From Patescibacteria group bacterium (GTDB lineage Bacteria > Patescibacteriota > Minisyncoccia > Portnoybacterales > UBA2143): a stretch of DNA of 44,502 nt. The notes below the pieces were generated by a model. It was not told the origin of the DNA and did not search any database. It worked only from the letters and a program-made list of their open reading frames with translations. The stretch covers positions 1 to 44,502 of the forward strand of contig JAHJUH010000067.1 of assembly GCA_018829245.1 (NCBI GenBank), given 5' to 3'. The translations under genes and the position numbers were made by a program. Of this stretch, positions 1 through 10,435 are shown in pieces (position 1 is the stretch's first letter; each line of letters begins with the position of its first letter).

Positions 1-1
1 C

Positions 2-130
2 GCTTCCGTTGATGACAGCATCGAAAAACTCCAATACGAACTTTATTACATCAAACATCGTTCTCTTGTTTTAGATTTGAGCGTTCTTCTAAGAACAATT
101 AAGATTGTTTTAATGGGAGGTGGGAGATAA
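2..130 (+). CDS. 3' end of a polyprenyl-phosphate sugar phosphotransferase (WcaJ/WbaP-type initiating transferase), partial
   Basis: Manual translation ASVDDSIEKLQYELYYIKHRSLVLDLSVLLRTIKIVLMGGGR* matches the Bac_transf C-terminal pattern KLxYDLxYI...S..LD..IL.KT. Truncated by the window edge. Confidence 0.85.
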   Translation, partial: ASVDDSIEKLQYELYYIKHRSLVLDLSVLLRTIKIVLMGGGR

Positions 131-132
131 AT

Positions 133-984
133 ATGAAAATATCAATAATTATCCCAGTTTATAATGAAGAAGAAGGAATTAAAAAAGTAATTGATGATTT
201 AAAGGTGTGTTTACCTAATCAGGAAATTATTGTGGTTGATGATTACTCCACTGACCAGACTAATCAGATAATAAAAAACATAAGTGATATTAAGATTATC
301 ACTCATACAAGAAATCAAGGATATGGAGCTTCTTTAAAATCTGGAATTAGAGAGGCCCAGGGTCAGTATATAATCATTATCGATGGAGATGGCACATACC
401 CCATAGATGCTATTCCAGAATTAATTAAATACGCAGAAGAATATGATATGGTCTCAGGTGCCCGTCAAGGAAAAAATCATGACGCGCGCTGGCTCTACAC
501 TCAAAGAATTGGCAAATTTGTTTTAAAAAAAATAGCTGGATACGTAACTCAAACAAAAATCCCTGATATTAATTGTGGTTTAAGAATTTTTAAAAAAGAA
601 ACTATTAAAAAATTCTGGAACCTTTATCCTCAAGGATTCTCATTTACGACTACTTCTTTAGTGGCTTTTTTATCTAATGATTATCGAGTTAAATTCGTTC
701 CTATTAATTATCATAAAAGAGAAGGCAAATCTACATTAAAGCCATTTAAAAGCTTTACTGCTTTTATTAACTTAATCTTTAAAATATCTTTATTTTTCAA
801 ACCGATTCGAGTCTTTCTTCCTTTAAGTATATCTTTTTTCTTGTTGGCAATCGGTATAGCCGTCTATAGTCTTGTTTGGGATGAAATATTTTATGATACT
901 ACTGTCATCCTTATTTCAGCTATGGCTTTACAAACATTTTTCTTTGGTCTCTTAGCTGAAATAATTGTTCATAATCGAAAATAG
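133..984 (+). CDS. GT2 glycosyltransferase, polyprenol-phosphate sugar synthase (DPM/ArnC-like) with 2 C-terminal TM helices
   Basis: SIIIPVYNEE, VVDDYSTD, NQGYGASLKSG, IDGDG (DxD), DINCGLR; hydrophobic C-terminus. Confidence 0.9.
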   Translation: MKISIIIPVYNEEEGIKKVIDDLKVCLPNQEIIVVDDYSTDQTNQIIKNISDIKIITHTRNQGYGASLKSGIREAQGQYIIIIDGDGTYPIDAIPELIKYAEEYDMVSGARQGKNHDARWLYTQRIGKFVLKKIAGYVTQTKIPDINCGLRIFKKETIKKFWNLYPQGFSFTTTSLVAFLSNDYRVKFVPINYHKREGKSTLKPFKSFTAFINLIFKISLFFKPIRVFLPLSISFFLLAIGIAVYSLVWDEIFYDTTVILISAMALQTFFFGLLAEIIVHNRK

Positions 985-986
985 TT

Positions 987-1640
987 ATGGAATTAGAAAA
1001 TCTAATTAAAACTAGAAGAAGTATTAGAAATTTTACTAATCAACCAGTAGATCTTGAATTAGTAAAAAAAATAATTGAGTTAGGAACCCATGCGCCTTCA
1101 GCCTGCAATATCCAGGGTTGGCATTTCATTATTATTAAAGATCAAAAAATAAAGGATGAAATGATTGATCTGGGTAGTTCGATAATAATTAAAAATGCAC
1201 CAATTGGAATTTTGGTTCTTTACGATCAAAGAACAAAAAATACTGAATACCAAGATCACATTCAAAGTGCTGCTGCTGCCATTCAAAACATTCTTTTATC
1301 CGCTCACGCTCACAATTTAGGAGCCTGCTGGGTTTGCCACTTGCCTCTTAAGGAAAAATTAAAAAAACTATTTAAGATTGAAAAATATTTAGATCCAATT
1401 GCCTATATCATTATGGGCTATCCTCAAAGAGAACCCTATCAAGTAAAAAGAAAATACCAATTAGAAGAAATGATTAGTATCGACAAATTTTATCGAAAAA
1501 CACCTCTTCAATCAACCGAAAAATTGTTAACCCTTAAAAAAAGTTTGTATAAAATATATCGCCATACTCCAACCTGGCTTAAAAAATTATTCTTTAATAA
1601 ATTAATAGATAAAAAATTTGTTAAAAAATTTAAAAACTAA
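987..1640 (+). CDS. Nitroreductase-family flavoprotein with basic amphipathic C-terminal extension
   Basis: RRSIRNF, APSACNIQGWHF, AAAIQNILLSAHAHNLGACW, MGYP motifs; TAATG overlap with the next gene. Confidence 0.9.
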   Translation: MELENLIKTRRSIRNFTNQPVDLELVKKIIELGTHAPSACNIQGWHFIIIKDQKIKDEMIDLGSSIIIKNAPIGILVLYDQRTKNTEYQDHIQSAAAAIQNILLSAHAHNLGACWVCHLPLKEKLKKLFKIEKYLDPIAYIIMGYPQREPYQVKRKYQLEEMISIDKFYRKTPLQSTEKLLTLKKSLYKIYRHTPTWLKKLFFNKLIDKKFVKKFKN

Positions 1641-3055
1641 TGAAAGTACTATTTATTAATCCGCCTAATCAAAATGAAATCATTAGCTGTAATCCAGAAA
1701 TTATCAAAAAAGAAAGAGGTTATGACCCTCCTTTGGGAATATTATATCTAGCTGGTTATTTAGAAAAAAATTCTAACCATCAGGTTAGTGTTATTGACGC
1801 TCAAGTAGAAAAACTAAGCTATTCTCAGCTAACTCAAAGGATAGAAGAATCTTCACCTGATGTAGTTGGCATTACAGCTATGACCTTCACATTGATAGAT
1901 GTCATTAAGGTTATTGAATTGGTTAAAAAAATTGACTCTCGAATTAAGATAATATTAGGTGGACCTCATGCTCACATTTATCCCAAAGAAACCCTTGATA
2001 TACCAGGGGTTGATTTTGTTGTTTTAGGCGAAGGAGAAAAACCATTATTAGAATTATTAGAAAATATAGAAAACCCAGAAGAACTTAAGAATATGAAGAA
2101 TATCGCTTTTAAGGACGGAGATCAAATAATTGTTTCTGAATGTCAAGATTATAATCAAAACCTAGACGAACTTCCCTTCCCAGCCATGCACCTAACTCCT
2201 TATAAAAAATACTGGTCTATTTTATCTGGTGATAAAGTCATAACCACTATGTTCACTTCACGCGGTTGTCCTTATCGATGCACTTTTTGTGATCGACCTA
2301 ATATGGGAAAGCTTTTTCGAGCTCGCTCTAGTAAAAATGTGGTTGATGAAATAGAAGAACGTCTCAAAATGGGTATTGAAGAAATATTCATTTATGACGA
2401 TACTTTTACAGTCAACAAACAAAGAGTCATCGATATTTGTGATGAAATTATTAAAAGAAACTTAAAATTCTCATGGGATATTCGAGCTCGAGTAGATACG
2501 GTTAATCAAGAAATACTTGAGAAACTCAAACAAGCTGGCTGTGCTCGAATCCATTACGGAGTAGAATCAGGCACAGAGAAGATATTAAAAGTACTTAATA
2601 AGGGCATTCATCTTGATCAAGTCAAAGAAGTTTTTAGTTTAACTAAAAAAATAGGTATCTCCACTTTTGCTTATTTCATAATCGGCTGTCCAACTGAAAC
2701 AAAAGAAGATATTCTTCAAACTATTAAATTCGCTAAAAAACTAGATACTGATTTTGTCCAAATAACTCTTTTAACTCCATTTCCTGCTACTAAAATCTAT
2801 AACGACGCTTTAGAACAAGGAATAATTAAAGAAGATTATTGGCTAGAATTTGCTAAAAACCCACGTCCTGATTTTAAAACTAAATACTGGACAGAAGAAT
2901 TATCTAATCAGGAATTATTTAAATTTATTAACTATGCTTATAAGCAATTTTATTTAAGGCCTAATTTTATTTTAAAAACACTTAAAGAAATCACCTCTTT
3001 TAATGATTTTGTCAGAAAAGCTAAAGCTGGATTTAAAATTATTTCTATGAAATAA
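1640..3055 (+). CDS. Cobalamin-binding radical SAM enzyme (RS-B12 #1)
   Basis: N-terminal B12-binding domain (INPP..PPLGILYLAGYL..GGPH..GEGE), SRGCPYRCTFC (CxxxCxxC), DDTF, GVESG, IGCPTET. Confidence 0.92.
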   Translation: MKVLFINPPNQNEIISCNPEIIKKERGYDPPLGILYLAGYLEKNSNHQVSVIDAQVEKLSYSQLTQRIEESSPDVVGITAMTFTLIDVIKVIELVKKIDSRIKIILGGPHAHIYPKETLDIPGVDFVVLGEGEKPLLELLENIENPEELKNMKNIAFKDGDQIIVSECQDYNQNLDELPFPAMHLTPYKKYWSILSGDKVITTMFTSRGCPYRCTFCDRPNMGKLFRARSSKNVVDEIEERLKMGIEEIFIYDDTFTVNKQRVIDICDEIIKRNLKFSWDIRARVDTVNQEILEKLKQAGCARIHYGVESGTEKILKVLNKGIHLDQVKEVFSLTKKIGISTFAYFIIGCPTETKEDILQTIKFAKKLDTDFVQITLLTPFPATKIYNDALEQGIIKEDYWLEFAKNPRPDFKTKYWTEELSNQELFKFINYAYKQFYLRPNFILKTLKEITSFNDFVRKAKAGFKIISMK

Positions 3056-3068
3056 TAACCAAATATTT

Positions 3069-3833
3069 ATGTCCGATAATTTCTTTCAAAGAATCAAAAA
3101 AGAATATCATCATATCACAAACAAACAATGGATTTTAAAGGATGTTGGTCGCCACTGGGATGAAACTACTGATTATGATGATATTAATGAAAAAACTTAT
3201 AGTTATTTTAGAAGATTCGTTGATGGCTATAATCTTTGCACCATTCCAGATAAAAGTTACCTTTTAGATATTTGTAGCCGAACTGGTAATGGCAGTATTT
3301 ATTTTTATCAAAAAAATAAAGTTAGAAAAGTGGTTTGTGCTGATGTAACAGAAAAAATGCAAAAAATCTGTTCTGATAATTTAACGAACTACCAAATAGA
3401 TTTTGAAACTAAACTATTTTCTAATTTTCCTCTCTCTATTCCAGATAACGAATTCGATGCTATCATCTCTTTTGAAACCCTGGAACATATTTATCCTCCA
3501 AAAACTTTTATTCAAGAATTATCTCGTGTCTTAAAACCCGGGGGCGAACTTCTTTTAACCTGCCCCAATGTTTTATGGGAACCAATTCATTGGCTAGCTG
3601 CTATTTTCAATATTCATCATAGCGAAGGACCACATCGTTTTAGAACTAGAAAAAATATCCTTAAAATGCTTGAGTCGGCTAGTTTAAAAATGGAAAAAGA
3701 AAAAACAACTATATTAATACCAGGAGGGCCTAAGTTTTTGATTAAATTTGGAGAATGGTTTGAAAAAAAATTTGAAAAAACTTTAATGCCTTATCTTGGT
3801 CTAAGACGGATTTTTATCTGTCGGAAATATTAA
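3069..3833 (+). CDS. Class I SAM-dependent methyltransferase
   Basis: LLDICSRTGNG (variant motif I), FDAIISFETLEH, RVLKPGG. Confidence 0.85.
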   Translation: MSDNFFQRIKKEYHHITNKQWILKDVGRHWDETTDYDDINEKTYSYFRRFVDGYNLCTIPDKSYLLDICSRTGNGSIYFYQKNKVRKVVCADVTEKMQKICSDNLTNYQIDFETKLFSNFPLSIPDNEFDAIISFETLEHIYPPKTFIQELSRVLKPGGELLLTCPNVLWEPIHWLAAIFNIHHSEGPHRFRTRKNILKMLESASLKMEKEKTTILIPGGPKFLIKFGEWFEKKFEKTLMPYLGLRRIFICRKY

Positions 3834-3837
3834 TTTT

Positions 3838-4476
3838 ATGAGACTCCCCAAAAAACAAAATGTTTCTACTAATAATCCTGAAAATCCATTACAACGCTAT
3901 TACCAACCATTTATCAGATACTTTTACATCGAAAGGTTAAAAATGGCCTTGAACTTTTTGAAACCTCAAGATAAACAATACGATAAAATTTTAGAAGTGG
4001 GTTATGGGAGTGGCGTATTTTTCCCGGAGCTGACAAAAATCTGCAAAAAACTCTATGGGTTAGAAGTTTTTCCTGAGGCAAAAAAAGAAACGGAACAAAT
4101 GATGGAAAAAGAGAATATTCAAGCAGAATTAACAACGGGAAGTGTCACACAAATGCCATTTGCTGATGATTTCTTTGATGCAATAGTATGTGTCAGCGCC
4201 TTAGAACATTTACAGCCAAATGAAATGGAAAAAGCTATTTCTGAAATTAAACGTGTCACCAAAAATAATGGTTTGATTATTTTAGGTTTTCCATCTGGCC
4301 GAAAGTTAATGCAACTTTATTGCATTTTAATAAAGCGTGATTTACATTTTGACTTTCATCGCTCTGACCATAATTTAATCCTAAAAACAATAACCAAAAA
4401 TTTTCCAATCCAAGAAACAAAAAAGCTCTTCAGCTTTCTGCCTATCTATTATGTAGTTAAATGTCAAAAAAAATGA
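3838..4476 (+). CDS. Class I SAM-dependent methyltransferase
   Basis: ILEVGYGSG, MPFADDFFDAIVCVSALEH, RVTKNNG. Confidence 0.88.
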   Translation: MRLPKKQNVSTNNPENPLQRYYQPFIRYFYIERLKMALNFLKPQDKQYDKILEVGYGSGVFFPELTKICKKLYGLEVFPEAKKETEQMMEKENIQAELTTGSVTQMPFADDFFDAIVCVSALEHLQPNEMEKAISEIKRVTKNNGLIILGFPSGRKLMQLYCILIKRDLHFDFHRSDHNLILKTITKNFPIQETKKLFSFLPIYYVVKCQKK

Positions 4477-5465
4477 AAGAATCAATCGTCTCGTTTTTTT
4501 TATCCAAAATAGATATTAATAAGTTTTCTGATTTCATTAAAAGATCAGTGGTTTTATCTATTCCTTATAAAATAATTGTTCAAAGGTTAATCGATTGGAA
4601 TTTTCCATATCATGTTTTTCTTGAATCAACCAATATATGTAATTTACATTGCAAAATTTGTACAAGGAATATAGCGCCCATAAAACTTGGTTCTATGGAT
4701 TTTGAATTATTTAAAAAGATTGTGAATGAAGCTAGTGTCTATGGCTCCAGAAATTTTTCACTCCATCTTTTTGGCGAACCACTTTTAGCACCAAATATTA
4801 TTCCGATGATTAAATACATCAAACAGAAAAATAATAAAAATACTGTTTTAATCACTACAAATGGAGTATTACTTAATAATAAAATATCTCAAGAAATTAT
4901 TATGAATGGCGTAGACAAAATTATTGTCAGTATTCACGGCGCCAACAAAGAACAATATGAAAATATGACCGGTACTGATAATTTAAATAATGTTGAAGAA
5001 AACATTAAAAATCTAATTAATTTAAAAAACAAAAAGAATAAACCTAAAATATTTTTGCGAATGGTTAGTTTTAAAAAAAATACTACAGAAATAAAAAAAT
5101 TCTATAAAAGATGGTCATCTTATCCAGTTATTATAGACATTAAAGAACCACATAATTTTGGTGGACAAATTGAAACCGGACGCTCAATAGATAGCTTACC
5201 TAAAAGATACCCCTGTTATCACCTTTGGTTAGCCCCAGGAATTAATTGGGATGGACAGGTTTCGATTTGTTGCTGTGACACTTTTAAAGATGCGATTATC
5301 GGCAATGTTAATCAAAATAGCCTACATAAAATTTGGAATGGGGAAAAATTAAAACAATATCGCGATTATCATTTGAGAGGCAAATATGATAAAATTCCCG
5401 TATGTAAAAACTGCGATGTTTGGACAACTTATCCAGATATTTTCTTTGAATATCAAAAAAAATAA
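4473..5465 (+). CDS. Radical SAM enzyme with twitch/SPASM auxiliary Fe-S domain (BtrN-like)
   Basis: CNLHCKIC, FGEPLL, TTNG; C-terminal PCYHLW..WDGQVSICCCD..IGN..IWNG..CKNC. Start moved from 4461 to the ATGA-coupled ATG at 4473. Confidence 0.88.
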   Translation: MKESIVSFFLSKIDINKFSDFIKRSVVLSIPYKIIVQRLIDWNFPYHVFLESTNICNLHCKICTRNIAPIKLGSMDFELFKKIVNEASVYGSRNFSLHLFGEPLLAPNIIPMIKYIKQKNNKNTVLITTNGVLLNNKISQEIIMNGVDKIIVSIHGANKEQYENMTGTDNLNNVEENIKNLINLKNKKNKPKIFLRMVSFKKNTTEIKKFYKRWSSYPVIIDIKEPHNFGGQIETGRSIDSLPKRYPCYHLWLAPGINWDGQVSICCCDTFKDAIIGNVNQNSLHKIWNGEKLKQYRDYHLRGKYDKIPVCKNCDVWTTYPDIFFEYQKK

Positions 5466-5473
5466 AAAAAAAT

Positions 5474-6913
5474 ATGAAAATTTTATTAATTAATCCTCCT
5501 TATATAAACTTTGAAGGAATGAAAGAATCAGGCGGACATATTATGCCCTTTAATTTAGCTTATTTAGCTGCTTATTTGAGACAAAGGAATGATTGTTCGG
5601 TTAAAATTTTTGACACCGAAGCGCTTTCCCTTAATTATTCTGAAATAAAACAATATTTAGCTAAAGAAAAGCCTGATTTGATTGGTTTTACTTGTCTTTC
5701 TCCTACGATTAATCATATTCTTAAAATCTGTCGAATAGTAAAAAAGGATTTAAATCTAAAATCATCAATTGTTTTAGGAGGGATTCATCCAACTATTTTC
5801 CCTAAAGAAACAATTAAAAATCAATATATTGACTTTGTGGTTGTTGGCGAAGGAGAAATCACTTTCACTGAATTAGTCAAAGCTATTCAAGAAAAAAGAA
5901 CTGATTTTGAAAATATTAATGGCTTATATTATAAAAAGAATGGAGAAATTGTTAAAACCCAACCTCGAGAATTAATTTCCGATTTAGATACTATTCCCTT
6001 TCCAGCTCGAGACCTTTTTAATTTAGATCTTTATTCTTCGGCTCCAACTAAAAAATTAACTGATGAACAATGTTCTCCGATTCTAACTAGTCGTGGCTGT
6101 ACTTTTAATTGTATTCATTGTGTTTCTAAGAGTATTTGGCAAAGAAAAATAAGATATCGCAGTTCTGATAATATAATTTCGGAAATTGAAGAATGTATTA
6201 ATAAATATAATATCAAAGAATTTAGTATTCTTGATGATAATTTTACTCTTAATAAATCTAGGGCTATAGAATTTTGTCAAAAAGTAATTGAAAAAAAATT
6301 ACTGATTGCTTGGATTTGTTTTTCTAGAGCGGATGGTATTAATGACCAATTAATAAAAATAATGGCAGAAGCTGGTTGTAAAAAAATATCCTTAGGGCTT
6401 GAATCTGGCTCTCAAAAAATATTGAATTTGATGCGTAAACAAACAACTATCGAACAAGGCAAGAAAGCCGTTGAAATAATCAGAAAAAATAACATTTTGG
6501 TTCACGCTAGTTTTATGATTGGCAATATTGGAGAAACAGAAGAGACCGTTAAGGAAACTATTAATTTTGCTAAAAGTTTAGATTTAGACAATGCTTCTTT
6601 CTTTATTACCTGTCCAGTCCCTGGCTCTGATTTGTATTATTACGCTCAAAATGAAGGTTTTATTGAAAAAAATACTTCCTGGGAAATGTTTGCTCCTTTA
6701 AGTAATACGCCACCTGTTTTAACTCAAAATAATCTCAGCCAAAATGATTTGATTTATTGGCAAAAAAAAGCTTTTCGAAAATTCTATTTTCGGCCTAAAT
6801 ATATTTATCGTAAATTAAAACAGATTAAGTCATGGGAGGGAATTAAAACAATTTTTCAAGGAATTAAAATATTATTAAGAATTCTAATCAAACCCAAAAG
6901 TAGAACTACTTAA
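5474..6913 (+). CDS. Cobalamin-binding radical SAM enzyme (RS-B12 #2)
   Basis: MKILLINPP, LAYLAAYL, GGIH, GEGE, SRGCTFNCIHC, DDNF, GLESG, IGNIGET. Confidence 0.92.
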   Translation: MKILLINPPYINFEGMKESGGHIMPFNLAYLAAYLRQRNDCSVKIFDTEALSLNYSEIKQYLAKEKPDLIGFTCLSPTINHILKICRIVKKDLNLKSSIVLGGIHPTIFPKETIKNQYIDFVVVGEGEITFTELVKAIQEKRTDFENINGLYYKKNGEIVKTQPRELISDLDTIPFPARDLFNLDLYSSAPTKKLTDEQCSPILTSRGCTFNCIHCVSKSIWQRKIRYRSSDNIISEIEECINKYNIKEFSILDDNFTLNKSRAIEFCQKVIEKKLLIAWICFSRADGINDQLIKIMAEAGCKKISLGLESGSQKILNLMRKQTTIEQGKKAVEIIRKNNILVHASFMIGNIGETEETVKETINFAKSLDLDNASFFITCPVPGSDLYYYAQNEGFIEKNTSWEMFAPLSNTPPVLTQNNLSQNDLIYWQKKAFRKFYFRPKYIYRKLKQIKSWEGIKTIFQGIKILLRILIKPKSRTT

Positions 6914-6920
6914 AAAAATT

Positions 6921-7871
6921 ATGATTAAAAAGTATTCTTTTATTATAGGAATAATTATATTTCTACTGATTTTGAACAAATTAGGTTTTAGAGAAATGAT
7001 AGATATCTTGACTCAAGTAAATCTTTACTACTTCGGTCTAGCTACTTTCCTTCTTTTACCTATTCTCTTTATCAGAGCTTATCGTTGGAATTATCTTAAA
7101 AAAAAGCAGGGTATTATTTTTAGTCTTAAGGATTCTTTTTTAATTAATAATATTAGCATGATTATCGGCTTAGTTACTCCAGGACGATTGGGAGAACTAA
7201 CTAAAATATTATATTTAAAAAATAAAAATTATTCTATTGGAAAATCATTAGTCAGTGTTCTTCTTGATAGATTAGCTGATTTATTTTTCTTACTATTTTT
7301 TAGTTTAATAAGCCTTATTTTTTTCTTTTCTTATTTTAAAAAAACTATTCTGTTATTAGCTTTAATATTATCTCTTTTTATTCTTGTTTTTATCTTAATT
7401 TCAAAAAATAATCTCGTTCAAATTATTTTGAAAAAAATGTTGGGTTTAATCATCCCATCTAAATTTAAAAAATCATGGCTTTTAAATTACCATGATTTTT
7501 TAAAAAATCTTAAAATCTATACTTTAAACAATTATTTTTCGATTTTATTCATTACTGCTTTTTCTTGGTTAATATACTATTTCCAATCATTCCTTCTCCT
7601 TAAAAGTATTGGAATTAATAATATTCCTTTTTTTTATTTAGCTATAACTGTCACTATAGCTGGATTTGTTACTCTTTTACCTATTTCTATTTCTGGTCTT
7701 GGCACACGCGAAGCAACTCTAATCTTTTTCTTTTCATTTTTCCAAGTTCCCTTAGAAAAAACAATCGGTTTTTCTCTTTTGATTCTATCAACAATAGTAT
7801 CAACCGCTTTAATTGGATTAATTTGTTGGCTATTTAAGCAAGTTCATCAACCAACCCTTGTTACGAGATAA
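6921..7871 (+). CDS. Flippase-like membrane protein (lysylphosphatidylglycerol synthase TM / YbhN family)
   Basis: Multi-TM protein with RAYRW, TPGRLGE, DRLAD and LPISISGLGTRE motifs typical of this family. Confidence 0.85.
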   Translation: MIKKYSFIIGIIIFLLILNKLGFREMIDILTQVNLYYFGLATFLLLPILFIRAYRWNYLKKKQGIIFSLKDSFLINNISMIIGLVTPGRLGELTKILYLKNKNYSIGKSLVSVLLDRLADLFFLLFFSLISLIFFFSYFKKTILLLALILSLFILVFILISKNNLVQIILKKMLGLIIPSKFKKSWLLNYHDFLKNLKIYTLNNYFSILFITAFSWLIYYFQSFLLLKSIGINNIPFFYLAITVTIAGFVTLLPISISGLGTREATLIFFFSFFQVPLEKTIGFSLLILSTIVSTALIGLICWLFKQVHQPTLVTR

Positions 7872-9542
7872 TTCTGGGATAACTGGCTTTAAAGAATCAG
7901 AAGCAACATTAATAACATTTACTTGATTAACAATCTTTTTTGATAATTCTTCTGAATAACCTAAAATATATTTAACATTGAACTGTTCGAAAGCAAAATC
8001 CAACTCATCTTTAGCTAATAGATTCTCAATGGTTTCAGACCTAAATAAAACAACCGATTTATTAGTTAAATAACTTAAACTATACATAGTGCCTTCACCT
8101 AAGTTAATCGCTATAATTTCGTCATCAGCAATATCAATCTTCCTAATTTCTTGACTATAAGCCTCAATTATTAAGTTATTACTATTATCATAAATCTTAC
8201 TCCAAGCAACATGATTAACTAAAACTAGTTGATATAAAACAGCTAGCAAAATCACCAAATAAATTATGGTGGCTTTTTTATTTTGAACTTGAAAATAATT
8301 ATTAACGATTTTACCTAAAGTTAATAATCCCAAAGAAATCACTAAGGCAATAGCCCAATTAAAATCCATTAAGTGATTCCGGCCGACTAAAGCAACAAAA
8401 GACATCAAAAAGATAGAAGAAGAAACCCAATAGACAAAAAATTGATATAAAGATTTATTTTCCCGCCTCAAAGTATAAAAACCCAATAGAATTAAAAGTA
8501 AAATAAATGGACCTCCAATTTCTTCCAAAGAAACGAATCTAAAAACATGACGAGAACCAAGTGTTAAACCAGCTCTAATTCTATCAACTAAACCTATCTC
8601 TGCAATACCCATATTTTTCAATTCTCTAGTCAAATCTATTTCCTTCATTAAGACAAAATTATCTCCGTTAATTCGTTCCTGAAGATTTTTTATAAACTCC
8701 TCTCGTTCAAAATGATAGGTATAAGGATCTGGATAAACATGACCATAAAAAGCGAAATCAGCTGATTTAACTTTTTCTGATGTTTCGGTAGTAAAAATTT
8801 GCAAATAGACATTATGTTTAATATCAGGCAACCAAACAGAACCCCATAAAATTAGAAAGGGAATAAAAATACAGAATAAATAACGTTTTTGTCCCCTTAG
8901 CCATAAATAGACCAAGAGAAATGGGACAATTAACAACAAAGCCTCTTTAGACAAACAGGCTAAAGCTAAAAAACCACCGGAGATAATTAGATAAAGATAT
9001 TTATACTCTTGTTGTTTGGCAATCCCATAAAAATAGAATAGAAAAAACAAAGATAAAAACAATAAAGCAAATTCATAAACAGAAAAAGCATAGGGTAGCT
9101 GCCAATTGAAAGGTAGAAATATATAAATTAAGGAAAAGATTAAAGCTGTTTTAAAATTAAATAAATAGAGAACGATCCCTGTAAAGATTATTAAAGTCAA
9201 AGCAGAAATAAAAATAGATAAAAGAATTAAATCACTAACTTGAGGTAAGCCAATAAAATTAAATATCTTACTATAAAGTATAGGTGTTAATTTATTACCT
9301 CCAGCTGAAAGAATACTTTGATCCTTAATTGAATTTGAAGAAAGAGCAACGTTAAGATTATTCTCTATTGAATAAAGACCGCTTTGGTGGAGATTACGAG
9401 CCAATAAAGATCCAGTCGACGGACTATTGGAAGAATATCCCTTAAACATGACTGGCGAATACCAAACAACTATTGCTAGAATAAATACAGCTAACAAAAA
9501 TATACTAGTTATTAACAGATTTTTTTTATTTATTTCAGCCAT
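7830..9542 (-). CDS. GT-C-like (ArnT/PMT-type) multi-pass membrane glycosyltransferase
   Basis: Many TM segments, YEFALLF and LALACLSKE motifs, internal soluble loop and C-terminal soluble domain. Family-level resemblance only. Confidence 0.65.
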   Translation of the reverse strand: MAEINKKNLLITSIFLLAVFILAIVVWYSPVMFKGYSSNSPSTGSLLARNLHQSGLYSIENNLNVALSSNSIKDQSILSAGGNKLTPILYSKIFNFIGLPQVSDLILLSIFISALTLIIFTGIVLYLFNFKTALIFSLIYIFLPFNWQLPYAFSVYEFALLFLSLFFLFYFYGIAKQQEYKYLYLIISGGFLALACLSKEALLLIVPFLLVYLWLRGQKRYLFCIFIPFLILWGSVWLPDIKHNVYLQIFTTETSEKVKSADFAFYGHVYPDPYTYHFEREEFIKNLQERINGDNFVLMKEIDLTRELKNMGIAEIGLVDRIRAGLTLGSRHVFRFVSLEEIGGPFILLLILLGFYTLRRENKSLYQFFVYWVSSSIFLMSFVALVGRNHLMDFNWAIALVISLGLLTLGKIVNNYFQVQNKKATIIYLVILLAVLYQLVLVNHVAWSKIYDNSNNLIIEAYSQEIRKIDIADDEIIAINLGEGTMYSLSYLTNKSVVLFRSETIENLLAKDELDFAFEQFNVKYILGYSEELSKKIVNQVNVINVASDSLKPVIPELSRNKGWLMNLLK

Positions 9543-10435
9543 TTATATCTTTTTAAATATTCTTTTAAACAAACTCTCCAATCTCTCATTCCATTTAATC
9601 CTTTTAAATTTAACTTTAAATTAACTAGTTTTTCCGAATAAGGACGAGGAGCAAAATATTCTTTTTTCCAAAAATCAGAAGTCACTTCAGTAAGTTTTAT
9701 TTTACTCTTTGGTTTTAATATATCTAACATTTCCTTAGCCACATCAAAACGAGTAGCTTCTCCCTTGCAAACCATATTATATAAACCAAAAGAACCCTTG
9801 TTTATAACATTAAGCATGTTTTTAGCAAAATCATGAGTATAAGTAGGAGTTCCCAACTTATCACGAACTAAAAATAATTCTTTCTTACCGGCATTAATCT
9901 GATCAATTATCTTTTTAACAAACTTCTTATCTTTTTTTGGCCCACCTCCAATCATCCAACCAGCTCTAAATATAAAATAATTATCTAAACTTTGCTTAAT
10001 TGCAATTTCTCCAGCATATTTTGATTTTGCATAATGATTTATTGGATTAGGTATATCATAATCGTTATAAACATCTTGATTCCCATCATAAGCACCAGCT
10101 GTTGTAATATAAATCATCAAAAGATTATGTTTTTTACATAAATCAATAACATTCTCTGTACCCATTGAATTTGTTCTATATGATTCTTGAGGATTACTCT
10201 CGCAATATTCTAAATCAGTTAAAGCAGCCAAATGGAAAATAGCAGTCGGCTTAAATTTTAAAACTTCTTTTTCTAAAGCATTGTAATCTCTAACATCTAA
10301 ATAAGAAAGCCATTTTTCATTCAGATCTATATCTGTCGCTTTAACCTTACAAACATTAGAAAAAAATGGATAAACAGCATCACCCAGCATACCACCACAA
10401 CCAGTAATTAATATCCTACTTTTTTTTGTTATCAT
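9530..10435 (-). CDS. RmlD-like NDP-4-keto-sugar reductase (SDR)
   Basis: ILITGCGGMLG, HLAALTDLEYCE, PINHYAKSK (YxxxK), GTPTY, APRP. Confidence 0.85.
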   Translation of the reverse strand: MITKKSRILITGCGGMLGDAVYPFFSNVCKVKATDIDLNEKWLSYLDVRDYNALEKEVLKFKPTAIFHLAALTDLEYCESNPQESYRTNSMGTENVIDLCKKHNLLMIYITTAGAYDGNQDVYNDYDIPNPINHYAKSKYAGEIAIKQSLDNYFIFRAGWMIGGGPKKDKKFVKKIIDQINAGKKELFLVRDKLGTPTYTHDFAKNMLNVINKGSFGLYNMVCKGEATRFDVAKEMLDILKPKSKIKLTEVTSDFWKKEYFAPRPYSEKLVNLKLNLKGLNGMRDWRVCLKEYLKRYKWLK

